NCBI RefSeq assembly: GCF_006345805.1
Contig: NC_043021.1
Span: 13,206,001-13,270,000 of the forward strand
Source: Octopus sinensis
Lineage: Eukaryota
Reading direction: 5' to 3'
Length of the DNA: 64,000 nucleotides
Under the pieces are notes generated by a model. It saw only the letters and a program-made list of their open reading frames with translations, was not told the origin of the DNA and did no database searches. Position numbers and translations under genes: made by a program. Below, in pieces: positions 25,084 through 58,645 of the stretch; position 1 is the stretch's first letter; every line of letters starts with the position of its first letter.

Positions 25084-28000
25084 CATACATACATACATAT
25101 GAGTAAATGGTGGTGGTGATGGAGGGTCACAATTGGCACTAAGAAAAGAAAAGAAAAAAAACAAAGTAAAAAAAACCCCTTAATTCTCAGAAGATATAAT
25201 TAAAAAAAAAATTATGGTTTTCAACAGAATTACAATCAAACCACAGAACATGGTTTGTTTTAACAGTTGGCTATTCAAAATATTTACAATATTTTGTATC
25301 ATTGCAGTTAATTTTCTGCAGCAAATAATTTTCATTCAGTTATTTTCTGTTATACATGAAAAGTATAGAGAACCGCTGGCAATCGCTTCTTCTATAATTG
25401 GTAGGCTTACACAATGATTGCAACATTATTTTGTGTATTTTTCTCTTTTTCTTTTTTTCCCCCATTTTTGGCACAGGTTAACAAATACTAGTCATCCGTT
25501 CACTCAAAAATGTTTCCCTCCTCCGTTTTTTTAACTTCTGTTTCATCTTGCACCAAGATTTATATTTTTTCAGTTACACATCTGAGTTTTCTCTTACCAT
25601 AGGTTTCAGTCACAGAAAAAAAAAAAAAAATATACAGGAGAAACGAAAAAACACAGACTTTCGAGCCTGAAAAGGGTCAAAGAGTTAACAGCAAAAATAG
25701 AGACAGTTTAGAATCTAAAACGATTGGCACAAGTGACATTTTTGAACTTCGCATATTTAGATTTACAAACAAGATTAAAAAGAAGTACTCGATACATCAT
25801 TGAGTTCATCATCCTATACTTAGGCCTTAGGCTTCCAAAGAACAGAAACTTAAAAAAAAAAAAACTCAGAGTAATAATGAAGGGAAGCCTTTTTTCCAAA
25901 AATATTTACAAAGGTTAACGCAACTGAACTGCAAAGACAGAGGTTTTATACACTGTTTGATGTTCAGCAAAGGTAACATGAGTCACCTTTCAGAATACTT
26001 ATTTCACAGTTAAATAATTTTGAGAAGTTTTTATTCTGTTCAGAATACCACTTCTGAGATTAGTTAATGTGAAGAATTAATGATAATCCCTTAATCCAGG
26101 AGATAAAGAGCTGATGTTTTTGATTTCTTTTTCATATCCCATTCCAGGCTCTGTTACTAAACCCTTGTATTTATTTGGTTGTCAGATAAATTCATTTATT
26201 TTCTTCTATTTATTTTGATCCTTTCAAATGTTATTTGAATAAACATGGAAAATATTTTTATAGTTGTGTTTCTTGATATTTTTTAGCTTTATTCCTCTTC
26301 TACAACTTTTGTTCATTGTGCTTGGAATTTGAATAAATTTTACCTCTTTTCAGATATACGACAATGGAGTGCCAAGTAGGAAAAAAAAAAGGCCAAAAAA
26401 TTAACTCATTTATCTGATAACCCAACATTTTAATTTGCTAAGAGATTTAGGGCTGTCCATTTAGGTTACATTTTTAAAAACCCTTTGAATACGAACCTGT
26501 CTCATATCACCACCAAAGCTATCCATTTTAAAGAATTCACATTATGCAAAGAAACATAAGTCATGTTCCAAACACCAGTCTTACCCTTTTGATGTCAATT
26601 TTCCCAAGACAACAACAAGTTCTATTGTACAAACTTCCTGTTTTAAACTGATCTTAAAACCTTCCATCAAAATTTCAGGTTAATTTTTTTCAATGCCATC
26701 TAAATAATGGTAAAATTATTCTACTAAAATTTTCATTATTTAACAAAAAATTGTATTATATTCATTATTTTTCAAGAGCAAAAGCAGCATATTTTAGCAG
26801 AATTTTACTAACGAAAGGATTGATAATAAAAATATTTAGTATTTTGACTAAATTACTGTAAATAGTAGACAGCTTTTCAAAATTATTTAAAACACACAGG
26901 CCAAGTATTTCATGAGAAATAGAGTCTCCAAAGAGGTATAAATCATGTTAAGGTTAAAAATAACAGAAGCTGGAGCTTGTAGGAAGTTGTAGAGATGTTT
27001 CACAAGACATGATGTTTTTATATTTGGAAAAAAGTTTAAAAGGAAAAGAAGAAAGACAGTGAAAATGGAGGCCACACAGAATTAATTCCATCTGTCAGAA
27101 TTCACATTTGAAATGAATCCTCCTAATGTTTTGTCTATAATAATTTTCCTAGAGATGTCAGCCAGCAGGCTGTGGCAATGTTCTGACATTGGCACATTAC
27201 CTTATAACCAATTTTAATAAGCTCCAGTAAGTTTGGAACTTTTTTGACTTTCTCTATGTTAAACGGATGTGATAAACACTACATCAAAGACCCTTGCTGG
27301 TTCCATAAATAAATTAAGGTTCTTAACATAGGGCACAAGGTCATACATTTGGAGAAGGAGAGGGTAGGAGCAGTGAAGTTGAACCAGTTCCTCACCAGTG
27401 TTTATTTTATTGACCACTTCATTGGAAAGATTAAAAGAAAAAGTTGACTTGGTTGAGGTTTTTTTCAAGAGAAATATAAATTGTAATTTATGGCATGAGT
27501 GTCAGACAGTTGTGAAGGCCATGGGTACAACTCAGTTTTCTGGATGAAATATACATACATACATACATACATATATATATATATATACAAAAACACAGAT
27601 ATACCTATATACATATATATATATATATACAAAAACACAGATATACCTATATACATACACATGTATACAAATAAACACACACACACATACAATAATCCCT
27701 CACCATATTGTGGTTCACCTATCATACCCTCAGTACATCATAGATTTTAGTAGCTAATATTTGTAAATCTATATTGCGGACTCCTCAGCATATCGTGGAT
27801 TTCTGTGGCCAATATCATATTATATTTTTTTAGATTTTAATTATTCCTGTGGGAGGTCTGAAACGTAGCACCCCGTGATAGTTGAGGGATTACTATACAT
27901 AAACACAAAATATTTCTGACAAAAAATAAAATTGTCAGAGTTTTTAAACATATGAAACATTGGGGGATGGGACAAAACTAAAAAAAAACCTATCATCATT

Positions 28001-29539
28001 TCATGAAAATGTAAATATCTGATATATATATATGTATATATAATCATTTCTTAAATATAGCCACGAAACACGTGTCGTTATTCTACAAATATATGTTTTA
28101 TTTATTATTTTGCACATTACTTAATCATCATTATATGTTTTATCTTATATTTAATCTTTCTATAATATGTACTTTTCTAGATGGTATAATTTAATTTTTC
28201 ATTATTGAATTGATAAAGGGTGTTTTTTTTTCTAATTTATATATTTATGAGAGAGAGATTAAAAATTCTGTAGAATCCTCTATTTTCTGTAAACCCAGTT
28301 TAAGTGATCATCAAATTTTGTTCAAAGTTCTACCAATTTAGCCAATCTCCTGATCTTCCATAAATAAAACAAATAGGAAAACTATTTGCGAATCCATCCA
28401 GATCTACAAATATCTACTTTATTACAGCATTAAGGTCGCTGCTCATGCAATTGCAGTCTTGTTACAAATCCTCCAGTTTGAACATGTCCAGAGTAGATCG
28501 CAGAAATGGTCTGGTTTAGAATGTGTGATGTGCTGCCATCCTAAATGTGAGTAGAGTTATTGGGGGTTTTCAATGATAATAACTTCCAACTTTGCTCCCT
28601 ATATTGGTTTTAAGTTTTGGAACAAGGCCAGCAAGTTTGGGGGAGGGGGTAAGTCAATTGCTTCGACCCCAGTGCTCGACTGGTACTTATTTTATCGACC
28701 CTGAAAGGATGAAAGGTAAAGGTGATCTTGGCAGAATTTGAACTCAGAACATAAGGACAAGCAAAATGCTTAGCAACGATTCTGCCAGCTCACCACCTTA
28801 ATAATAATAATCTTTTCTACTACAGACACGAGGTCTGAAATTTTTTGGGGGGGTGGGGGGGTTGTTGATTATATTGACCCAGTATTTCACTGGTACTTAA
28901 TTTATCGACCTTGGAAGGATGAAAGGTAAAGACAACCTTGGTGGAATTTGAACTCAGATTATAAAGACAGATGAAATATCGCTAAGCATTTCACCCAGCA
29001 TGTTAACAATTCTGCCAGCTTGCTGCCTTGATAATAATAACAGACTTATTAAATAATCTTATACACAAGATGTGAACTCTGTTTGTTTCACCTGTGCTAG
29101 TGCCATGTAAAAAGCACTGAGTCCACTCTGCAGAGTGGTTGGTGTTAGGAAAGGCAGCCAACTAAAACAGACACAGTAGCCTGGGGCAGTCTTCTACCTG
29201 GCCAGCTCCTGTCAGCTGTCCTACCCATGCATGCATGAGAGACAGACATTCAATGATGATGATGATGATGATGATGGTGATAAGAACTACTCAAATTACC
29301 AAATCATTCCTGAAGTTTTCTCAACCCTTTTCAGCCATCAAAAAGACCAGAAAAAGATGGTTGGAAGGTACAGAAACTTTACTGTTTCTTAAAATCAATC
29401 ATAGACCTTGATAAAATACAAGTTTTTAATGTTATGATTTCCTCAGACTCTCAGGATTCAAAGACCCAAACAGCTGAGTTTTTTTTTCTCTTTTTAATTT
29501 TCCCCAATTTTGCTCTGATATACAACAAAACCCCAGGTA

Positions 29540-29785
29540 TCAAGACCACATTCCAATGTCCTTCAGTCTTAAAAACAAGCTCAAGAACAACGAGCACTAA
29601 CCATTTTTTTCCAGAATGCCAATCCACTGGAATTTCTTCCCTGCCAATGTTGTTCCTGCAGCCGTCATCTGACAACGGTCCAAGAAGGACATGGGCTGTG
29701 TTTGTCTTACTAGACTTGGGGTAGTTGAGGCTGCAAAGTCCATGAGAACACTGCACGCCTCTGGATCAAATATCAGGAAAAAAAA
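29540..29785 (+). mobile_element. Decayed CR1/L2-like LINE 3' end
   Basis: Frameshifted TNHFF(P)RMPIHWNFFPANVVPAA resembles FFPRT..WN.LP..VV.A; ends in an A tract at ~29777. Confidence 0.5.
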
Positions 29786-30364
29786 ACCCTTGTAAAATTC
29801 ACTGTCTCCTATTATCCCAGCTTCACTCATCATCATCAATGTCTACTTTTCCATGTTTGCAAGGGTCAGGTGAAAATTGTCAAGGGAGATTTTACATGCT
29901 TGGATACTTGTGCCACCAACCCATATTTGTTTCCAAGCAAAGTAATATTTTCCTCATGGCCAAATACGTTAATACAGATGGTGCAAGACAAATGACAAAA
30001 TGATGCAATATCAAGACAAGGAGACATATAGATACATTCACCTATATATAATAATAATAATAATATTAGTGAGTATAACTCCAAACTTAAAGGGAAAAAT
30101 TCAATTTAGTATTAAATAAAATTTCACAATATATACATATATATAAAATATGAATTAGAGATAAAAACCACTATTATGCAACTCAAACAGTGATAGACAT
30201 AAACCAAAACATAAATAACAAATAAAATATATTTTTATAAAACATATAACTAGATCTCAAAAAGTATAAAAATGAATAATCAATATATAAGTAATAAGTA
30301 TTATATATTGATTATTCATTTTTATACTTGCTGAGATCTAGTTATATGTTTTATAAAAATATAT

Positions 30365-30596
30365 ATTTCTTTATTGCCCACAAGGGGCTAAACATAGAGA
30401 GGACAAACAAGGACAGACAAAGGGATTAAGTCGATTACATCGACCCCAGTGCGAAACTGGTACTTTTATTTATCGACCCCGAAAGGATGAAAGGCGAAGT
30501 CAACCTCGGTGGAATTTGAACTCAGAACGTAACGACAGACGAAATACCGCTAAGCATTCCACCCGGCGCGCTAACGTGTCTGCCAGCTCGCCGCCT
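30365..30596 (-). mobile_element. Young tRNA-derived SINE (family A) with 18-bp target-site duplication
   Basis: Head ggcggcgagctggcaga...gagttcaaattcc; core gcctttcatcctttcggggtcgataaa (Meta/MESC-like from memory). TSD tgttttataaaaatatat at 30347-30364 and 30597-30614; CpGs retained. Confidence 0.85.
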
Positions 30597-32991
30597 TGTT
30601 TTATAAAAATATATTTTATTTGTTATTTATGTCTATCACTGAGTTGCATAATAGTGGTTTTATCTCTAATTTATATTCTATATATATATATTTCCATACA
30701 GTGGGATTAACCGTAAAACCATGTAGATGGGAAGCCAATTTCTGAACCACAGAGCCCTGTCCACATCTCACACAATATCTAACTGGTTATTCTCATGTCT
30801 GCAGCTGGCTTGAGTAAAATTGGTATAGCTAGGCATCTGAGGGTCTCAAAAAAAGACCATGGATTTGTGCCTGGAGAATTTTGTGTCAGTTGTTGATGGC
30901 AGTGCAGTGTCTGCTGCAGTAGAACAGGCCTACGTGAGAGTGGAACTATATACACATGTTTATATAGAAAACATGTAGTTCAGCTCTGCAACATGGAGCT
31001 ACATACATGCTTATGTAATAGCAATATATATATTTAATTCAGGTTTTGATTGCAACAGAGGGCTGTGACTTCATTGACCAAGATATAAACTTGGCAAGAG
31101 AGACTTGCTGCACCAAACAAATGCTTAGAATGTTAATTAGATTCTATCCAATAACAACTGATAGCGTAAGGGGAGAAAGTGTGTTGGTATAAAGGTGAAG
31201 GTAGAACAAGCAAAAAACCCTTGATTTCATAGAGAGATAGGCACAAGGCCTTCACAGAAGGGAGATATGTTGTGTGAGTGTGATAATTAATGCTTTTCTC
31301 TAAGTTGGTTATGATGAGGGTTCCAGTTGATCTGATCAGCGGGACAGCCTGCTTGTGAAATTAACGTGCAAGTGGCTGAGCACTCCACAGACATGCATAA
31401 CCCTTAATGTAGTCCTCAGGGTGATTCTGTGTGACACAGAATGTGACAAGGCTGGCCCTTTGAATTACAGGTACAATTCATTTTTACCAGCTGAGTGGAC
31501 TGGAGCAATGTGAAATAAAGTGTCTTGCTCAAGGACACATGTCGCCGGGAATTGAATTCACAACCTTACGACTGTGAGCCAAATGCCCTAACCACTAAGC
31601 CACATGCCTTCTCTAAGATATATTGTTTATCCACAGATCAACCTCTTCCTTGATTAAACAGACCTATAATCAAAGACAACCCTACTATGACCATCCTGTG
31701 TTTTTTTAAAGTTTCAACTTTTTAATATGTGGGACAATATTATTCCAAAATATCCTTCCATTTTTTTTTTATTCAGACAGCAGAGTACATGATTTTGAGG
31801 GAGATTTAGCTGCTATTTCTAACAGACCGAGTGACAGTACAAAAGTGCTCATGTCGGGTCATTCTCTAAGATGTCGGTGAATCTAAATCAAATGCAATGG
31901 TTGCAACACCGAAACCTTGTTTGAAAGAGAAATGACCCACCACCACCCCACCATTAACAACAGCTTTGGCGCTGACTCTAAAACAGTTCTGAGCCAACAT
32001 TAACTCTCGTTCCAAATGGCAATAATTAACAGTGATATTTTTACAGCCAACAGTTGTTACCTTAATTGATGTGCAAAGTGATTTTGCTAATTAAAATGGA
32101 TGCAGAACTGTGTTTCAATACAAACACTTTATTAATAAATAGAGATTGAGAGGTACGCCCCTGCCAAAAAAAAACAAACTAATCTCCTTCCCTGGACACA
32201 GGCATGTCTGTGTAGTCAAAAACTTTGATTTTACAACTATGTGATTTTGGGTTCATTCCTACTGTGTGGCACTGTGCACAAGCGTTTTCTACTATATATC
32301 TATATATATACACACATATGTTGTTTGTGCGTATAATTAAAAAGGAACCCCTTTGTATGTTTGTGTGTGTATACAAGTAACCCTTAATATACCTGTGTTT
32401 GAATTTTCTACCTGTTTTCTTTTTTTGAAGGTTTAACCCTTTAGCATTTCAACTGGGTATATATATACACATGCACACACATATACATACTTACATATAT
32501 ATACACACACACATATATATTATCAATAATAATATAGGGTAAAATCAATTAATAATTAATAATTTTACCAAGTAGTTCGGTATGTTAAAAGAGTCATTAT
32601 CAGTAACCTTATACAAAAATTCTATAATTATAAGCATAATTATAATTAAGGTTCAGCAAAAATTGCTTCACCACATACTGAAATTTAGAAATAGAAGTTA
32701 GTTTAATGTTAAATTGTTTTATATATAACTTGAATTAAGTAAGAAGATAAGCATTAATATGTGTGTCTGTGTGTCTTTGGTAGTTGGAATAGTATTTAAC
32801 TGCTATTTCTAAACTTCGTTATGTGGTGAAGCAATTTTTGCTGAACCCTAATTATAATTATAGAATTTTTTTACATATACACATATATATATATTTGAAG
32901 TTTTTGTAAAAAGTACTTGATACATTCACAATATTTGAAAGAGATTTCAAAAATATCTTTATCTTAATATATTACTTATCTAACACACACA

Positions 32992-33050
<59 letters not shown>

Positions 33051-35389
33051 ATATGATGATGAAGGCAATAAACTTCAAAGTCATTGGCGACCTTTTCCTG
33101 GTAAAAGTTTAACAAACAGGTGTACTCTTCTAGGGTATAGAGTAATTCTTTAGTTTAATGGTAAATTGTTTTATATATAACTTGAATTAAAAAAGAAAAC
33201 AAGCATTAATATGTGTGTCTGTGTGTCTTTGGTCTGTGTCTCTATACCACTTAACAAGTGGTGTTGGTTTGCTTGTGTATCATGTAACTTAGCAATTCAG
33301 CAAAAGAAACTGACACACCCGACAAAAACAGATAAATTTATTTGGAATTTTTCCCTTTTTTTTTTATATCTTGAAATCTAAATAAATATCTCGTTGCAGA
33401 CAGGAAAGGCGGTCTACAATTTTAAAAAGACATTTTAAAATGGGAGTTCAAAATAATTTACAGCAAGCGAGAATTAACGAAATCAATGAAGAAAACGCAC
33501 CCTGTTCTTATAAAAGATTACGAGATGGGTGGGGGGAGATTTGTTTGATTAAAAGCTTTAAGGTGGTGCACCAGCATGGCCACAGTCCAATGACTGAAAT
33601 AATTAAAAGAATAAATTTATAGGAAAGATGGAAATGCTAAACCCTACAAATTTCAGTCTATTTCACAAACTGGTTACATTGCTAAATGGTCATCCAACTG
33701 GCTAACTAGAAACAGCAGTCAAGTCTTTCTCAAATCAATTGCAACTGTCTTAGAATAGAAAAGGATATTTTAGATAACATGGATTCCATTAATAACACCA
33801 AAAGATCAGGTGATTGGCAAACTGGTAAATTTCTTTCCAAATTAAATTTACACACTGCAAAATAGGTAAAAAAAAAAGTGTGTATGTGTTTGGGCAGTAA
33901 ACAAAGCCTCTACTGTAGAGGTAGTCCTTTGGATTGATATATTCAGCTTTCGTGTGTGTGTGTGTGCATGCGGGTGTATGCTTTCAACCGTTAGTATTAG
34001 TTGTGTTTATGATAATAAAAGAAACACAAGTAACCCTTAAGATTCCTGTATTTGACTTTTGTACCTCTGTTTTTTTTTTATTTTTGCTTCTTTTTATTTG
34101 AAGGTTCAACCCTTTAGCACTTCAACTGGCCATATCTGACCAATATATTCTCCCTGTTTCATGTTGAAACTGGCCAGATCTAGTTTCATATACCAACTCC
34201 ACAATGTCATTCTAAAAATTAAGTTACCTCAGCAAAATCTCAAAGCCTACAAGATAATGCAGGATTAATTCAAAACAATGGGAATAAATTAATATTACTT
34301 TCGACAGAGTAACCTGAATGCCAAAGGGTTTAACAGGCCATATTTGGCCTCTCACACCTACCCTAAAAGTTCATTCTAAAAGTATACAATCACATCGTCA
34401 AAATCTCAAAGCTACAAGATAATTTATGATTAATTCAAAGTGGTGTGAATAAATAAGCATTACATTTGACAGGGTAATATGAATGCTAAAGGGTTAATTC
34501 TTGGATTCTTACTCAACTCATTTCACCTCCGTTTCCCACTAGTCGTTAATAGACTCAAGAAAAGGAGAAGAATGGCTGTACTAGGCTCACTTTTCACACA
34601 TCACATGAAGACTATACTGTTAATGGTAAACCAATGACTCATGAGGAAACCACAGCATCATTTCCATTGTTGTCTAACGTCTCTTTTTTTACCATACTGG
34701 CATGGATTGGACGGTTTGATATGAACTGATGAGCCAGAGAGCTTATTGTGAGCTACAGTATCTGCTTTGGGGTAGTTGAGGCTGCAAAGTCCATGAGAAC
34801 ACTGCACGCCTCTGGATCAAATATTAGAAAAAAAAAAGAAAGAAAAACCCTTGTAAAATTCACTGTCTCCTATGATCCCAGCTTCACTCATCATCATTGT
34901 CTACTTTTCCATGTTTGCAAGGGTCAGGTGAAAATTGTCAGCTGGATGCCCTTCATAACACCAACCACTTCAAAGAGTGTACAAGGTGCTTTTTTCCATG
35001 GCACCAACACCAGTGGGGTCACAAAAGATCGGCAAGACAAGACTCCACTTGTCTTGGCTATCTTTTGTGACCCCACTTGACTAAGTGTGGTATAGTATTG
35101 GAGAATATAGAACCAGAACATTTTAACACAAACAGACACACGTCCTCAGCTCATTTCTTCGTCAGGTTAAAAGAAGGTATTTAAGGTGAACACAGAAATC
35201 AATAGAAACTATGTTGAGTTATGAGAAGGTTTTTTTTAACATTTTCCAAGTTTCTAGTTTTGCAATATTACAAGATATCCTTAGTAAACAGACAGGTGAA
35301 GAACATTGTATGTTACCATTGTTATAGAGCTTCGTTATCAAGCGGTATCTAAGTCATTAATTTCTATTACAAAAGACAGATGGTCATCA

Positions 35390-35623
35390 GATTGAATTCC
35401 TAAAAAAATTTTTTATTTTGAAATAAAAACACTTTGTTTGTGTAACATTTTTAAAGAATAGTGGCTTTTCGCACATGTATATATATATACATATATATAT
35501 ATTATAATTAAACCAAAAAAATTTGGATGATTTTTTTTATAAATGAAAAAGTAAAAATAAAATCTTTTTAAATCACATTAACCCGTCTTTCTCACATATA
35601 TATACACACACACTATGCATATG

Positions 35624-35659
<36 letters not shown>

Positions 35660-37992
35660 CACACACAAAAGAACAGTTGTCTTACACAGGGTTAGATATC
35701 TGTGTGTGTGTGTGTGTGTGTGTATACAAACATATGCATATACATATATATACATGTGAGTATATATATGTATACATACACACATATATATACATACATA
35801 CATACACACATATATAGATAAAAAACCAGTGCAGTTCACTGAGTTTGAAGAAAAATAATAAAATAAAAACGAAAACATAAGACAGACTTTGGTACTGCAG
35901 GCTGCTAGTTTGCACAAAGTGATTTCAAAACACAACTTGATTGTCCGACTAGAAGCCTGTTCCTGCTAATAGGCAGATAGCTAGGGTTAATTGGAGACTG
36001 ACAGATGGGTCAGCATGGCTGATTCCTTCCCTATTCACTGACAGCCATGCACTGACATATGACAGCTACACACTGCTCAATATCGCACGAAAAATATCTT
36101 TAAATACTTGCATTTGTGCAATTACCACAACAGACTGTGATTGTAGAGCATGGAGGGCGACAGATAGGATAACAGGGTACAAGGAATCTTTTTGTTGTCC
36201 TGAATGTTAAAAGGCATCTTTTAACGGATGAGGATGCAGCAGATAATCTTTGCTTCCCGAACAAAATGCTGACTGCGGCACCATGTATCACCATTGTCAC
36301 AACTACAGCCATCACCTCCTACAGACATATGTATGCCACACATACGTGTGTGTATATACACACATATACATATATATATATATATATACACACATATATA
36401 TATACACACATATATATACATATACACACATATATACACACACATATATATACACATATATATACACACATATATATACACATATATATATACACATATA
36501 TATACACACATATATATACACACATATATATACACATATATATATACACATATATATACACATATATATATACACATATATATACACATATATATACACA
36601 TATATATATACATATATATACACATATATATACACATATATATATACACATATATATATACATATATATACACATATATATATACACATATATATACACA
36701 TATACATGCATACATATATATATATACATACATACATATATATATATACATACATATATATATACATACATATATACACATATATATATACATACATATA
36801 CATGCATACATATATATATACATACATATATATATACATATATAAAGTTGTGGCTTGATTCTCTGAAAGCTTGTCTTATCTACCCTCTGATAGCTCAGAT
36901 GTGATGGTTTCCCAACTGGAGTGTTGATGAGGGGAAAAGGAGGCAAGGAATTAGGCAATCCTACCATGGCCACCGCCGCTAGAGCTACTGCGATCAGCAC
37001 CACCACCATCACCATCACCAGCAAACAGACATGCTGCTCATGTGAAGATGAAACCATGCTAACTTATTTCTTAATAATTTTACAAAATATAAACCTCAGA
37101 ACACTTGGACAATAATTTGGTGACAGGAGGTTCTCAGAATGGTTAACCTGACATTGCTAGACTAATGGAGAGGAGGAGATAAAAACGTTTCGAAACGTTT
37201 TAATCTGTCATAGCAACATGCTTTTAAAAATAATATAATTCTTAAAAGCTACCAGGGAGAACTGGTGGGGGGGGGGGGGGAGAAAAGAACCCAACAAGAA
37301 AAATAAATAAATCCACCCTTATTCAGGATGAGGGTGGGAGTGATGGTTGTGAGATAAAGAGGGATGAAATAAACCCAACTGGAAGAAAAAAAGGGTGGGG
37401 AGAGAAAAAAACTGGTTCAAACAATTTCGTGGTAAAAATTTGAATTTGCAGAACTATTTAACTTATGCAAACATGATAGAAACACACGTAGACGCATAAA
37501 AAGTGATAGAGGTGGGGAAGGTTACATGATATCAAGGGAATAATATGGTAAAAAAAATAAAAAAATGGACATTGTGGTTTCATGTGAAAATTTTGGCTTT
37601 TTTGTTTGGTTTTCGCCATATATTACAAGATATTTATTTTGAAAAAAATTTATTAACCATTTTGTTTTTAAAAACATATATGCATGTGTATATGTGTGTA
37701 TACATTGTATTTATCTATTTATAATTATATATATATCTAACTATGTGTATATATTGTATTACATATATATATACACACACATACTTACACATACATACAC
37801 ACTTGAAAAATTATTTTATTTAAAGAAAACAAAACAAAATTCCACCACGCCTGCCGCTTATGATTAGCTCTCTCCTCTTCATTTTAATATGCAAATTTTT
37901 TGGAATGTTGTCTTCAAAAATGACAAATGTCATTGGTTGGTCCTCGGGCGTAAGGAATAAAAACAAAACAAAACAAATGTCTGTTATTAGTG
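35390..37992 (-). other. Putative LIMK 3' UTR
   Basis: Transposon-poor, T-rich (on minus) sequence directly after the stop codon. Candidate AATAAA sites on minus (plus TTTATT) at ~37815 and 35412-35417. The extent is a guess. Confidence 0.35.
36330..36845. repeat. Compound (TA)n/(CA)n microsatellite
   Basis: Repeats of tatatacaca-type units; the source of several spurious YIH/MCV ORFs. Confidence 0.95.

Positions 37993-58645
<20,653 letters not shown>

Noticed and set aside
34605-34615. AAGACTATACT (U3 snoRNA 5' end); also ATCGCTTCT at 25382 (U2 start)
   Set aside because: Only 9-11 nt match, with no downstream U3 or U2 similarity.
36221-37057. Long ORFs (162-278 aa) in several frames
   Set aside because: They are translations of a (TA)/(CA) microsatellite, which lacks stops in those frames. 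The same applies to the many YIYI/CVCV/THTH ORFs elsewhere.
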